This document shows positions 1-10,556 of a DNA stretch of 64,000 bases, in pieces. The notes under the pieces were generated by a model. The model was not told the origin of the DNA. It ran no database searches and was given only the letters and a program-made list of their open reading frames with translations. Position numbers and translations under genes: made by a program. Origin of the DNA: Spirochaetia bacterium (GTDB lineage Bacteria; Spirochaetota; Spirochaetia; UBA9216); the NCBI GenBank assembly GCA_963677925.2, contig CAXXYH010000004.1:288001-352000 (forward strand), written 5' to 3'. Each line of letters starts with the position of its first letter. The stretch's first letter is position 1.

Positions 1-326
1 AAAACCACAGAATCTGCCGAATGACCTGGTGTCCGTAGAACCTCAACGCGGTCATCCCCCAGTGTAAAAGATTCCGGAATATCCTTGGAAGATGGATCAA
101 TTAATACTGCTGCATGTGCTGATAATTTTTCATTACCGGCTATATGATCGGAATGCATATGTGTATTTGTCATCACTTTCAGCTTCAGACCGTTTTTATC
201 ACAGAAACCAAGTATTTCTTCTGCAGCACAGCCGTCTATGACAGCAGCTTCAAAACCTGACCATATGAGATATCCGAAGACAAAGCCAAGTCCGGGATAA
301 TCAAATTTAAACTGTTCAATATTCAT
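1..326 (-). CDS. MBL-fold metallo-hydrolase (glyoxalase II/GloB-like), 3' end outside window
   Basis: Manual translation MNIEQF...VMTNTHMHSDHIAGN...VLRTPGHSADSVVF; THxHxDH and TPGH motifs; not in ORF track because truncated. Confidence 0.85.
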   Translation of the reverse strand, partial: MNIEQFKFDYPGLGFVFGYLIWSGFEAAVIDGCAAEEILGFCDKNGLKLKVMTNTHMHSDHIAGNEKLSAHAAVLIDPSSKDIPESFTLGDDRVEVLRTPGHSADSVV

Positions 327-415
327 GCTTATAAAATACTACCATTATCAGCATATAGTAAATATTTACATAGGGGTAAAATATAGAACTCCCTTTTGTT
401 TTGGATTTTATTGAA

Positions 416-444
416 TTGACGCAGGAACATATTAGAGTTAATAT
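416..444 (+). promoter_or_regulatory. sigma70-type promoter of tRNA-Ala
   Basis: TTGACG-17nt-TAATAT ending 9 nt before the tRNA. Confidence 0.65.
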
Positions 445-453
445 TTTCGAACC

Positions 454-527
454 GGGGCTGTAGCTCAGCTGGCTAGAGCGGTTGGTTCGCAATCAACAGG
501 CCGTGGGTTCGACTCCCATCAGCTCCA
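454..527 (+). tRNA. tRNA-Ala (anticodon CGC)
   Basis: Cloverleaf: acceptor GGGGCTG/CAGCTCC with G3:U70 Ala determinant, D-arm TAGCTCAGCTGGCTAGAGC, anticodon arm GTTGG-TTCGCAA-TCAAC, T-loop GTTCGA. Confidence 0.97.
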
Positions 528-586
528 GAATCCTTATATTTTCAATTAATCCCGCTCAAAGCATTATAACTATCACTAATGAGTTC

Positions 587-723
587 TTCCGGGAGTCGAT
601 CCGGAATGAGCGCTGTCGCAAGACAGGAAGCGAGGCAGGATGCCGAGCGCGAGTGAATGAAGGCGGCCTGGAGCCGGACAACACGAAGTTGGGCGGCGGA
701 AGGGACTCCCATCAGCTCCAGAA
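587..723 (+). repeat. tRNA-linked structured element ending in a 20-bp direct repeat of the tRNA 3' end
   Basis: GACTCCCATCAGCTCCAGAA at 511-530 and 704-723; GGGAGTCGA (591-599) is the reverse complement of tRNA 509-517; several short hairpins inside. Confidence 0.8.
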
Positions 724-770
724 ATATTTCTTGCGGAATCAGCAGCTAACACCTTATAATTCTGTTAGTT

Positions 771-2564
771 ATGAAAAAAAAGATCCTGCTTGTTGAGGAT
801 GAAGCAATTCTGGCTATGTCGGAAGCTTCATCCCTTGAAATGGCCGGATTTGATGTGATCACTGCAGCCGACGGAGATGAAGCCCTCAGTTATATCAAAA
901 CCGACCATGAAATATCCCTCGTACTGATGGATATTGACCTGGGTTCCGGTATCGACGGAACAGAAACCTCACGTCTCATTCTAAGCTTCAAGCAGATTCC
1001 TATTATTTTTCTCACAAGTCATTCCGAAAAGGCAATGGTTGAGAAAGTTAAGGATATTACAAAATACGGTTATGTTCTTAAAAACTGCGGCGAATTCGTT
1101 CTAATTGAAGCTATCAAAATGGCGTATGAACTTTTTGAAGCGAACAGCAGCATCACCACAAGGGAAATTGAATACAGGGAAATTGTAAATGATCTTGAGG
1201 CTGCTATTCTTAAATTCAACGAACAGGGAGAAATAATATTCTTCAGCCGCGGAGCGGAAAACATCTTCGGCTATAAGGCTGAGGAAGTGATTGGAAAAAA
1301 AAGCATTGAAACAATAAATCCCAGAATTGATAAATTTGGAAACGACCATTCGTTAATGATAAAAAACATTTTCTCCTCCCCTGATAAATTCCGATTCCAC
1401 CGAAACGAAAACCGGACTAAGGACGGCACCAATTTATGGATGAGCTGGAACAATAAACTTGTAAAGGATCAGTACGGAAATAATCTTTACATGCTGTGCA
1501 TCGGTAATGATTTGAGTGATCAGAAAAGGGCAAGAGAAACACTCAAATATACCGAGGATATTCTCTCAAAGATATCTGAAAGTGAAAGAGTCTGGCAGGC
1601 TGCAATTGAAAGTGCAGGCGACGGAGTCTGGGACTGGAACACAATCACAAATAAAGTGTTCTTTTCAAAAACCTGGAAAAATATGCTTGGATATTCCGAA
1701 GAGGAAATCGAGGACAACGTTGAAGAATGGATTTCAAGGATCCATCCGGATGATAAGGAAAGGAGTCTTGAAGCCGTCAGGAATTACATTTCAGGAATAA
1801 CCGATCACTATGAGAGCATCCATCGTCTGAGAGGCAAATACGGAAAATACCACTGGATCCTGGACAGAGGTAGGATTATAGAAAGAGATCCCGAAGGAAG
1901 AGTTCTCCGAATGGTCGGAACGCATACCGATATATCAGCCCAGAAAGAAACGGAAAAACAGCTTCTTCAGCTCAATGATGAAAAGGGTTTTTTATTAAAA
2001 GAAATCCACCACCGGGTTAAAAATAACCTGTTGATTATATCATCACTTATCAGTCTTAAAGAGGGCGTGAGCGGAGATAATCTTGCAGATATTAAAAACC
2101 AGATTGACGCCATCCGTATCATCCACGATAAGCTCTACAGGGGAAATTCGCAAACAAACGTACTCTTCGGTGAATATTGCACCGATCTTCTGTATACAAT
2201 TTTTGAAACATTTCTTGATACAGGAATCAAAATAAACATAGACTCAGAAGAAATCTCTATACCCGAAGATAAAATAGTCTCTTTAGGATTGTTTATAAAT
2301 GAAATAGCAACAAATGCAGTCAAATATGCATTTCAGAACAACGAAGATCCGGAATTTTCAGTAAGTCTGAAGCCGGATGAAAAGACAGATGCGCATATTC
2401 TTAAAATTAATAATAACGGGCCAGAACTGCCTGACAGCCTCATAATAGAAGAAGCGGAAACGCTGGGAATGAGGCTTATGACCTCTCTGGCACTGCAGCT
2501 GAAAGCTGATCTGAGGGTGGAAAAATCTCCTCATCCGCAGTTTTCACTAACCTTTAAATTATAA
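771..2564 (+). CDS. Hybrid sensor histidine kinase: REC-PAS-PAS/PAC-HisKA_2-HATPase
   Basis: N-terminal LLVEDE...LMDID receiver; PAS repeats (IFGYKAEEVIGK, DGVWDWN...IHPDD); LLKEIHHRVKNNL H-box; NEIATNAVKYAF N-box. Confidence 0.9.
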   Translation: MKKKILLVEDEAILAMSEASSLEMAGFDVITAADGDEALSYIKTDHEISLVLMDIDLGSGIDGTETSRLILSFKQIPIIFLTSHSEKAMVEKVKDITKYGYVLKNCGEFVLIEAIKMAYELFEANSSITTREIEYREIVNDLEAAILKFNEQGEIIFFSRGAENIFGYKAEEVIGKKSIETINPRIDKFGNDHSLMIKNIFSSPDKFRFHRNENRTKDGTNLWMSWNNKLVKDQYGNNLYMLCIGNDLSDQKRARETLKYTEDILSKISESERVWQAAIESAGDGVWDWNTITNKVFFSKTWKNMLGYSEEEIEDNVEEWISRIHPDDKERSLEAVRNYISGITDHYESIHRLRGKYGKYHWILDRGRIIERDPEGRVLRMVGTHTDISAQKETEKQLLQLNDEKGFLLKEIHHRVKNNLLIISSLISLKEGVSGDNLADIKNQIDAIRIIHDKLYRGNSQTNVLFGEYCTDLLYTIFETFLDTGIKINIDSEEISIPEDKIVSLGLFINEIATNAVKYAFQNNEDPEFSVSLKPDEKTDAHILKINNNGPELPDSLIIEEAETLGMRLMTSLALQLKADLRVEKSPHPQFSLTFKL

Positions 2565-2644
2565 ATAAAAAACATTAAAAATTTGAATGCTTAATTCCCG
2601 TTTACTACAATTAAAGCAAACGCATAATCCAGGGGGATTAAAGA

Positions 2645-4717
2645 ATGTTGAAAAACCTGCGGATGTCAGGAAAAATGCTGATTGGTTTCGGCGGTGTATT
2701 ACTAATAGTAGCTGCGGTAGTAGTTATCACTGGTCTAAATCTGTTAAAAATTGAGAATCTTGCCGAATCAATGGAGAATGAATACATACCTGAAGTAAAA
2801 ACTGCCAATTCGCTTGAAAGAGACACCCTGCATATGATGCTTGGAACAAGAAGTTACGGTCTCTCTTTTAAAAATGAATATCTTAAAGAATCTGAAAACT
2901 TTTCAAAAAAGATCGAAGAAGAACTGATAAACGCGAAAAATCTCGCTGAACAGTACCCGGAACTGGTAAAACTGAACCAGAACGTCACCAGGGCTGAAAA
3001 CAGTTACAGCAGTTATAAAAACAGTACCGTTAATACCAACAATATTATTCTTGAAATCCTTGCTGAAAGAAGAGAACTTGATTCTTCTGCTGCCGAGTTT
3101 ATGAAAGAAACTGAATCTTTTCTCAGCAGCCAGCATGAACAGTTTAATGAAGATCTGGTACTTAACAAGACAGATGCGGCAATGAGGGAAAGACTGACAA
3201 AAATTGACCTTATAACTGAAGTTACAAATCACGGGAATGAAGCCCGGGTGAAAGCTTTCAAGGGTCAGTTAAATGCTGATGTAAACATCATATCTGAAGC
3301 TGTTGCTGAACTGGATAATGCCCTTGAGAATATCACCGATACCAGATCGCTAACCCGTAAACAGCAGAATATTAACGAGCTTAATAACATTTATTCCGCT
3401 GCGGAGCGATATAAGACTGCACTTCTCAAGATGGTCGGATTTTACAAAGAAATGGATTCAATATTTGCTGAGCGCAACAAAACTGCCGATGAGTTTCTTT
3501 CCGCAGTGCAGACAATAAGTACTGCAGGACTTACAGAAACAGCAACCAGAGCGGGCCTTACTTCTGAAACCATTGCATCAACACTGCAGGTGCTGATGTT
3601 CGGTTTCATCACGGCTCTTGCTGTTTCAATACTTATTGCAGTACTTATTACAGTTTCAATAGTTAAGGCTCTCAAAAAGGGGGTGGAATTCGCTACAAGC
3701 ATGTCAGACGGTGATCTAATGGCCGTTCTTGATATTGATCAGAAGGATGAAATCGGCATACTTTCAGAAGCATTGAAAACGATGCGGAACAGGCTTAAGG
3801 ATGTAGTTGTAGAAGTACGTGATTCAGCGAGAATGGTTTCACAGGGCAGTCAGCAGCTTGCGACAACTGCAGAACAGATCTCACAGGGAGCAACGGAACA
3901 GGCATCAACCGCCGAGGAAGTATCCTCTTCAATGGAGGAAATCGGGGCTTCAATCAGACAGAACACCGACAATGCCTCACAAACCGAAAAAATTGCATCA
4001 AAGGCTGCTGAAGATGCAGAGACCGGCGGAGGTGCAGTACTTGATGCAGTTGAGGCCATGAATTTAATTGCAGAAAAGATCAAGGTAATAGAAGAGCTTG
4101 CCAGAAACACCAATCTGCTTTCTCTAAATGCCGCTATAGAAGCAGCCCGAGCCGGAGAGCATGGAAAAGGCTTTGCAGTAGTAGCGTCAGAGGTTGGTAA
4201 ACTTGCCGCAAACAGCCAGAGCGCGGCGAACGAAATTCTTGAACTGGCCAATTCAAGCGTTTCAAAAGCTAACACTGCAGGAGAAAAAATTCAGGAAATT
4301 ATCCCTGATATAAGAAGAACTGCAGATCTGGTTCAGGAAATCAGTGCCACCAGTATTGAACAGAATACCGGTGCTGATCAGGTGAACCAGGTAATGCTCC
4401 AGCTTGACCAGGTTATTCAGATGAATGCCGCCTCAGCCGAAGAAAGCTCATCAATGTCTGAAGAATTATCAAGCCAGGCGGAGAAGCTTCTGGATATGAT
4501 AGGATTTTTCAAGGTTGATGAAGGCCGCAGCACCTCATTAAAACCGCCAAAACCGAAAAAAACAGAACAGACATCAGTAACATTAAAAAAAGAATCGCCG
4601 GCATTGCCGCAAAAAAAGGAACCGGAACCGCTTAAGAATGATGACGAATCCTTTTTCAGGCCGGAAAAAAACAGTATCCAGGCAGACAGTCTGGACGATA
4701 ACTTCGAAGATTTTTAA
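2645..4717 (+). CDS. Methyl-accepting chemotaxis protein (2 TM, HAMP, signalling domain, C-terminal pentapeptide NFEDF)
   Basis: [29 protein letters not shown] hairpin tip; [12 protein letters not shown]; two hydrophobic segments. Confidence 0.95.
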   Translation: MLKNLRMSGKMLIGFGGVLLIVAAVVVITGLNLLKIENLAESMENEYIPEVKTANSLERDTLHMMLGTRSYGLSFKNEYLKESENFSKKIEEELINAKNLAEQYPELVKLNQNVTRAENSYSSYKNSTVNTNNIILEILAERRELDSSAAEFMKETESFLSSQHEQFNEDLVLNKTDAAMRERLTKIDLITEVTNHGNEARVKAFKGQLNADVNIISEAVAELDNALENITDTRSLTRKQQNINELNNIYSAAERYKTALLKMVGFYKEMDSIFAERNKTADEFLSAVQTISTAGLTETATRAGLTSETIASTLQVLMFGFITALAVSILIAVLITVSIVKALKKGVEFATSMSDGDLMAVLDIDQKDEIGILSEALKTMRNRLKDVVVEVRDSARMVSQGSQQLATTAEQISQGATEQASTAEEVSSSMEEIGASIRQNTDNASQTEKIASKAAEDAETGGGAVLDAVEAMNLIAEKIKVIEELARNTNLLSLNAAIEAARAGEHGKGFAVVASEVGKLAANSQSAANEILELANSSVSKANTAGEKIQEIIPDIRRTADLVQEISATSIEQNTGADQVNQVMLQLDQVIQMNAASAEESSSMSEELSSQAEKLLDMIGFFKVDEGRSTSLKPPKPKKTEQTSVTLKKESPALPQKKEPEPLKNDDESFFRPEKNSIQADSLDDNFEDF

Positions 4718-4747
4718 TCTGCTATAATTAAGACCAGGAGGTAAGTA

Positions 4748-5233
4748 ATGCAGGAAAATAAGATTAGCAATCAGTTTGTGACTTTCAGGATTGAAGAGGA
4801 AACCTATGCAATTGATGTCTTCAAGATCAGAGAAATTCTGGAGGTTCCTGATATAACAAAAGTACCCGGAATGCCAAAAATGATTAGGGGTGTAATAAAT
4901 ATCCGCGGAGCGGTTGTGCCGGTTCTGGATTTAAAGATGAAATTCGGGCAGACAGAGACATCAAAAACTCAGGATACCGCCGTAATAGTAACAGAGATAG
5001 ATTCGGAAGGTGAAACTGTCCTGATGGGGATTATGGTTGACGCTGCTCAGGAAGTTATAACCCTGGAGCAGGAAAATATTGAAGAACCGCCAAAGCTGGG
5101 AATCTTCATTGATAATAAATACCTTCTTGGAATGGGGAAAATAGGAGATAACTTTGTCATTATACTCAACATAGATAAACTGATGTCTAATGAAGAGCTA
5201 AGCATGGTTAACGCTCCGAAGGCAGAAGATTAG
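4748..5233 (+). CDS. cheW: Chemotaxis coupling protein CheW
   Basis: FVTFRI..ETYAI, ITKVPGMP..IRGVINIRGAVVPVLDL, GIMVDA motifs. Confidence 0.95.
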   Translation: MQENKISNQFVTFRIEEETYAIDVFKIREILEVPDITKVPGMPKMIRGVINIRGAVVPVLDLKMKFGQTETSKTQDTAVIVTEIDSEGETVLMGIMVDAAQEVITLEQENIEEPPKLGIFIDNKYLLGMGKIGDNFVIILNIDKLMSNEELSMVNAPKAED

Positions 5234-5236
5234 ACA

Positions 5237-5268
5237 ATAAAACCGGCTGTAAAAACAGCCGGTTTTAT
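5237..5268 (+). terminator. Intrinsic terminator after cheW
   Basis: Perfect 14-bp inverted repeat ATAAAACCGGCTGT-AAAA-ACAGCCGGTTTTAT. Confidence 0.8.
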
Positions 5269-5334
5269 ATAAAAATCGGAGAAAATGGAGAAAGATCCAT
5301 CTAAAGAAAAATTGTGATAAGTCGAAATATAACT

Positions 5335-5844
5335 ATGACTACTGTCAAAGAAGATAAGATTGCTAAAGCCTGTAACATCCTTTTTGGCGAAGATTTTACA
5401 GTAGATAAAGACACTATAAATTACATCCAGATCTCCGGTATAAAAAGAGCATTCAGAACAAAAGTAAAGGAATGCCATCCGGATATAGCCATCCAGCGGG
5501 GTGAACCGGAAAATGCTGAGAAGCAGTTTATTACGCTTAAAGCTGCATATGATTTTCTGGTCTCTGTAAAAACAACACCTGCAGCGGAACGCTCCTACGC
5601 TAAAAAAGAAAGTTCAGCACGCAGCGTTCCCAGACGAAGACTTAGACTTGGAGAATACCTTTACTATGCAGGAAAAATTGACTGGAACCAGTTTATTTCA
5701 GCAATGGCATGGCAGAACATCTCTGAAAAAAAGAACAGCCGTAAACCAAGAATCGGAGACTACTTCATTATTAATAGTATTCTCTCACCATCAGAGATCG
5801 GTTTTTCAGTTTTCAAGATGAATATTCATAATTCTAATTATTAA
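5335..5844 (+). CDS. J-domain (DnaJ-like) protein with C-terminal MshEN-like motif
   Basis: IKRAFRTKVKECHPD...F..LKAAYDFL J-domain; RLGEYLYYAGKIDWNQFISAMAWQ motif; ATG 5335 chosen over GTG 5314. Confidence 0.75.
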   Translation: MTTVKEDKIAKACNILFGEDFTVDKDTINYIQISGIKRAFRTKVKECHPDIAIQRGEPENAEKQFITLKAAYDFLVSVKTTPAAERSYAKKESSARSVPRRRLRLGEYLYYAGKIDWNQFISAMAWQNISEKKNSRKPRIGDYFIINSILSPSEIGFSVFKMNIHNSNY

Positions 5845-6431
5845 AAAAGGACTACCCGACCACCGTCTTCCGTACCGCTTAAACGTTCCTTGTATTCTTT
5901 CATGAGTCTGTCGAGGTTTGTTCGGTCGGTTTTTATTTTTCTAACTTTAACCCGGAAATCCTTAACATCCAGATAAATTTTTCTGGCCAAAACCCCGCCG
6001 GTATCTTCAGCAGCTACAGGGATTCTTTCAGTTTTAAGAAATTCGAAGGCAAACTTGATGTTTTCTTTTCCAATTTCCATGTGACTTGATTTGGTTTCAA
6101 GAACACTGCTGCCGCCGAATACCTTGGCTACAAAATTACTTTTCCGCCCTCCGGCTTTCAGAAGCAGATTTATAAGTGCCTCCATAGCAAAGACTCCGTA
6201 TCTTTCCAGGTTAAAATATTTTTCACGGCTTTTTATTGATTCCATATCAACAGTCTTTGTAAGCATGAAATGATTAAGCCCGCTGAATTTTATTGAAGGG
6301 TCTGTCAGCGCCACAGCTACACATGAGCCAAGAACAGTATTTATCATTATATCTTCCCCGGAAGCAAAGAATTCTCCCGGGGCAATGTTCATTGTCTGTT
6401 TCTGAAACTTGCTGTCAAAATACTGATACAT
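5841..6431 (-). CDS. cheD: Chemoreceptor glutamine deamidase CheD
   Basis: TVLGSCVAV, GLNHFML, AKVFGG, EDTGG..ARK motifs. Confidence 0.95.
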   Translation of the reverse strand: MYQYFDSKFQKQTMNIAPGEFFASGEDIMINTVLGSCVAVALTDPSIKFSGLNHFMLTKTVDMESIKSREKYFNLERYGVFAMEALINLLLKAGGRKSNFVAKVFGGSSVLETKSSHMEIGKENIKFAFEFLKTERIPVAAEDTGGVLARKIYLDVKDFRVKVRKIKTDRTNLDRLMKEYKERLSGTEDGGRVVLF

Positions 6432-6447
6432 TATCTGATTACTTTTT

Positions 6448-6813
6448 TCAGCCTATAACCTTTTTCACAGTGGCAATAAGTTTGTCGTTGGAAAAAGGCT
6501 TTACTATCCATCCGGTTGCACCGGCATTTTTGCCTTCCTGCATTATAGAAGCCTGAGATTCAGTTGTAAGAACCAGAATAGGTGTAAATTTATGTATATC
6601 CGTAGCCCTCAATTCTTTTACCATGGTTATACCGTCCATATTAGGCATGTTCACATCTGTAATTATCAAATCAACCTTTTCAGACTTCAGCTTGTTAAGC
6701 CCATCCTGCCCGTCACAGGCTTCCATGGTTTCATATCCATTCTCTTTCAGTATAAAACTGACACTCTGTCTTATAGCATTTGAGTCATCTACTATTATTA
6801 TTTTCTGGGCCAT
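6448..6813 (-). CDS. cheY: Chemotaxis response regulator CheY
   Basis: IVDDS, ITDVNMPNMDG, LTTES, GATGWIVKPF; inside che operon. Confidence 0.92.
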   Translation of the reverse strand: MAQKIIIVDDSNAIRQSVSFILKENGYETMEACDGQDGLNKLKSEKVDLIITDVNMPNMDGITMVKELRATDIHKFTPILVLTTESQASIMQEGKNAGATGWIVKPFSNDKLIATVKKVIG

Positions 6814-6827
6814 TCTGTACTCCTTAT

Positions 6828-8603
6828 TTAAAACAATGTAATCTCACCTGCTTCCAGAGCAGATTCTTCAACTTCAAAGCCGCTGATATCACCGGCCGTC
6901 TTTTTATGAGTGTATATAGTAAATTTGTTTATAACCGTATTCAGCGAATCATTTTCAATCCGCCATTCGGAAAGCCCCCGGCTTTTCAGATTATTCAGAT
7001 AAACCGGTTCGACAGTCTGTTTCAGTTTTGAAAGCTGAGTAATAACATCACCCATATCCTTTGCCAGAACCTTCAAATCTTCCATTTCCTGCACTGAGAG
7101 ACTGAACAGATCCCTGAACTCCTGAGTAAAAAAATTGAGTTTATTCAGCGTAGAAGAGAAGTTTACATTTATTTCATGAAAATTAGCAGAATGCACTTCT
7201 ACATCCTTTGTAAACAGACCTAAAAACTGTTTTTCTACTTTCAGATATTCATTGTATTCCGAATATATTTCACCTGTTGTGCCTATGAATTTTCCTGTAA
7301 ATCTCTGCCCATCCTTTATCTGCTCCTGAATTCTGGTTACAAGCTCAGTCATATCGTCTACAGATCCGACCATCTCACTCAGCATTCTACTCTTTGTTAG
7401 CTCAATACGGGAAAGAACAGTAACGTTCTGCAGCCAATCTGAAATTTTTTCGAAATTAACAATATCATCGGATATGCTGCGGACATGAGACAGAATTTCT
7501 GTAATTATCTTAAGATGCTCTCTCCGTTTTTCAGACAGGCTGTTGATATTATTCTGAAGTTTAAGAAATATATCTTTTGCCAGACCAATGGTAGAGACTT
7601 TCTGTTCAAAAGAACTCACAGCCCTGCTTTTATCAGTCTGGATAGATTCGAGTTTGTTACTTGCATTATTAAAATTTTCAATAAAAACGCTTATCGTAGC
7701 ATTTAGCCTTTCAGTAACCTCTTCAACCATCGATACCGCAAGATCAATAAGTCTCAATCCAAACATAACCCTGTCCATCTGCTCATCTGAAAGAGGCTGC
7801 GCAGAGTTCAGCACCGGATCAAAATCAGGAAGCTCTTTAATAGAAAGCAGGATCTGGTCTATAGTCTGCCGGATTATATCCTGCTGCTGAAGTTCCTGCA
7901 TGATGCGCAGAATATCTGCTCGGACATCATCAGATTCTCTTCTGAGCTGAAGCAGAAGAGTACTGATTATTTCCGACTCATTCTGAAAAGTATCCAGATT
8001 TGCCATTATTTGTCTTTCAACAGTATCCAGAAGAACTTTACGATCTTCATTAAGAGCCTTGTCTATAAGCAGAAACTCATCAAGATGCCGTTTCACCTCT
8101 TTACCCTTAAGCTCAAGCAAATCTGTGTTGTTTATTGTGTCGCCGGTTACCTTTTTCAGGTTATCCGTTATTACCGAAAAGCCTTCTCCGCCTTTCCCTG
8201 CCCTCACAGCATTAATCAGGGCATTCAGCGAAACTATCTGAAGAGATTCTGAAATTTCCCGTATTTCATCAATGTAAATCTGGGAATCCGCATACTCCTG
8301 TATAGAGGAAGTCAGCCTGTCGGTTATATCCTTGTCCTTCTTTTTATTCTCGTCCAGCTCAAGAAGGTAATTTCTTGATGAAGACTTCTGCTCCTCGATA
8401 TAGGAGAGTAAGGTTTTTGATTTTTCAAATTCACTATTGCCGCCCGAAATCTGAATAATTGATAAATTCTGAATAAGCGATTCGGCAGTTTTTATTCCCG
8501 ACTCCAGAGTGCGCAGCAGCTCGGGATAATGTTCAGCAATCCTGCCGAAAATATCTTCAGTTTCTTTTACAACTTTTTCCAGGCTCACGTCAGTTAATTT
8601 CAT
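6828..8603 (-). CDS. Soluble atypical MCP-like coiled-coil protein
   Basis: No TM segment; SLNALINAVRAGKGGEGFSVI hairpin-tip-like motif; LQQQDIIRQ; C-terminal GEITLF; between cheB and cheY. Confidence 0.7.
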   Translation of the reverse strand: MKLTDVSLEKVVKETEDIFGRIAEHYPELLRTLESGIKTAESLIQNLSIIQISGGNSEFEKSKTLLSYIEEQKSSSRNYLLELDENKKKDKDITDRLTSSIQEYADSQIYIDEIREISESLQIVSLNALINAVRAGKGGEGFSVITDNLKKVTGDTINNTDLLELKGKEVKRHLDEFLLIDKALNEDRKVLLDTVERQIMANLDTFQNESEIISTLLLQLRRESDDVRADILRIMQELQQQDIIRQTIDQILLSIKELPDFDPVLNSAQPLSDEQMDRVMFGLRLIDLAVSMVEEVTERLNATISVFIENFNNASNKLESIQTDKSRAVSSFEQKVSTIGLAKDIFLKLQNNINSLSEKRREHLKIITEILSHVRSISDDIVNFEKISDWLQNVTVLSRIELTKSRMLSEMVGSVDDMTELVTRIQEQIKDGQRFTGKFIGTTGEIYSEYNEYLKVEKQFLGLFTKDVEVHSANFHEINVNFSSTLNKLNFFTQEFRDLFSLSVQEMEDLKVLAKDMGDVITQLSKLKQTVEPVYLNNLKSRGLSEWRIENDSLNTVINKFTIYTHKKTAGDISGFEVEESALEAGEITLF

Positions 8604-9706
8604 TATGATTTAATCATCGCCTCCCTCAGCATATCCTGAGCAATTTTAGTAAGCGGAAGGATATTATCCACCCCTCCTTTTTTAACAGCCTCATTGGGCA
8701 TGCCGTATACAACACAGCTTGCTTCATCCTGAGCAATATTGTATGCTCCCGCCTGCTTCATTTCAAGCATCCCTGCAGCTCCATCGTCACCCATGCCGGT
8801 CATGATAATACCTATAGCATTCTTGCCTGCATACCTTGCTGTTGATCTGAAAAGTACATCTACCGACGGCCGGTGCCTGCTGACAAGCGGACCGTCCTTT
8901 ATTTCTACATAATATCTTGCGCCGCTTCGTTTAAGAAGCATATGCTTATTACCAGGTGCAATTAAAGCATGTCCGCGAAGGACCGTATCGTTATTCTCTG
9001 CTTCCTTAACTGTTATGGCACAAAGGGTATTAAGTCTCTCGGCAAAACTTCTGGTAAATTTCTCAGGCATATGCTGAACAATCACAATTCCGGGACTGTT
9101 TGCCGGCAGAGATTCAAGAAAAAGTTTCAGCGCCTCAGTACCTCCGGTGGAAGCCCCAACTGAAACGACCTTTTCAGTTGTTTCAATAACCTTGTAGTTT
9201 GCCTGCCCGGGGATGATTACATCTGCCGTAAGTTTCGGGGCAACCCTGTGCTTGTCCATTACAGCGGTCGGTGTAATAGTTCCGCCTGATTTTCTGCTGA
9301 CACGAGAGGCGGCAGCGCTCCTTACGGCATCACTGATTATTATTTTCGACTCTTCAATAAACTGTTTTGTCCCCAGCTTGGGTTTTCTGATAATATCCAC
9401 AGCCCCTGCTTCAAGTGCATTTATTGCATTCTGGGAATTAGATTCCGCCTGACTTGAACATATTATCACAGGAAGAGGGTTTGTGCTCATTACCTGACGC
9501 AAAAAGGTTATCCCATCCATCCTCGGCATTTCAATATCCAGAGTAATTACGTCCGGCTTTACAGTCTTCAGCTTATCTGCGGCGACCAGAGGATCCCTTG
9601 CAACACCGATTACTTCAATATCATCAGTGCTGTTCAGTATTTCGGTCATTGACTGTCTGACTACAGCTGAATCATCAACTACAAGCACTTTAATCTTGTC
9701 TTTCAT
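8603..9706 (-). CDS. cheB: Chemotaxis methylesterase CheB (REC + methylesterase)
   Basis: VVDDS/TLDIEMP receiver; [25 protein letters not shown] motifs. Confidence 0.97.
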   Translation of the reverse strand: MKDKIKVLVVDDSAVVRQSMTEILNSTDDIEVIGVARDPLVAADKLKTVKPDVITLDIEMPRMDGITFLRQVMSTNPLPVIICSSQAESNSQNAINALEAGAVDIIRKPKLGTKQFIEESKIIISDAVRSAAASRVSRKSGGTITPTAVMDKHRVAPKLTADVIIPGQANYKVIETTEKVVSVGASTGGTEALKLFLESLPANSPGIVIVQHMPEKFTRSFAERLNTLCAITVKEAENNDTVLRGHALIAPGNKHMLLKRSGARYYVEIKDGPLVSRHRPSVDVLFRSTARYAGKNAIGIIMTGMGDDGAAGMLEMKQAGAYNIAQDEASCVVYGMPNEAVKKGGVDNILPLTKIAQDMLREAMIKS

Positions 9707-9713
9707 ATTTTAA

Positions 9714-10556
9714 CTACTCCTTAAGATAGACAGAAGATCCGACAGTCTCAAGATTATTTCTCATACCGGCAAGACTTTCTGAATGGCCGAGAAAAAGATA
9801 AGAATGCGGATTCATATGGTTTACAAGTCTTCTGATAACATCGGTCTGATTTTCCTTACTGAAATAGATCAGGACATTCCTGCAGAAAACAATATCGTAA
9901 TGATCTTTGAGTCCATACTGTTCCTTCTTAAGATTAATCTCCCGAAACCTGACCCGGTTACGGATAAAAGGCTTAACCCTTACAAATGACGAGTTTTCAC
10001 CCTTACCGCGCATAAAATATTTTTTCTTGAATGCATCTGAAACTACATCAATTTCATGCATCGGATAGATAGCTTTTTTTGCCTTCTCCAGCACCGTCGG
10101 GCTTATATCCGTGGCTGTTATTGAATAATCCAGATGCCCGTGTTTTTCTATAAATTCTTCCATGAACATCGCCATGTTATAAGGCTCCGGTCCCGTGGAA
10201 CAGGCTACCGACCATAGCTTTATCTCACGTCTGGTTTTTACAATCTCGGGAAGTGCCGTATGAAGCATAAACTCAAAGTGAGCAGGCTCCCTCATGAAGT
10301 CCGTCTTGTTAGTCGTGATGGCATCTATCATCTCAATGATTTCTGACTCACCCTGAGGAGTGTTGAAGACAAAATCAACATATTCCTTAAATGTCGGTAT
10401 ATTCAGGAGCTTCAGTCTTTTCTGAAGCCTTGATTCAAGCAGAGTTCTCTTTACCGGAGGAAGTTTAATTCCTACTTCCTCTTCAATGAAAGCACTCAGT
10501 CTGGAAAATTCCTTATCTCCAATTTTTTTAATTCCAAGTTCAGCTGTGTTTTCCAT
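9714..10556 (-). CDS. cheR: Chemotaxis methyltransferase CheR
   Basis: TTNKTDFMREPAHF, WSVACSTGPEPY, ATDIS, FCRNVLIYF, LGHSESL. Confidence 0.95.
   Translation of the reverse strand: MENTAELGIKKIGDKEFSRLSAFIEEEVGIKLPPVKRTLLESRLQKRLKLLNIPTFKEYVDFVFNTPQGESEIIEMIDAITTNKTDFMREPAHFEFMLHTALPEIVKTRREIKLWSVACSTGPEPYNMAMFMEEFIEKHGHLDYSITATDISPTVLEKAKKAIYPMHEIDVVSDAFKKKYFMRGKGENSSFVRVKPFIRNRVRFREINLKKEQYGLKDHYDIVFCRNVLIYFSKENQTDVIRRLVNHMNPHSYLFLGHSESLAGMRNNLETVGSSVYLKE

Noticed and set aside
511-723. Integrated prophage or genomic island at tRNA-Ala
   Set aside because: The att-like repeats are only 193 bp apart and no integrase or phage gene is in the window
482-796. 104-aa ORF in the track
   Set aside because: Overlaps the tRNA and the repeat element; no RBS or protein motif
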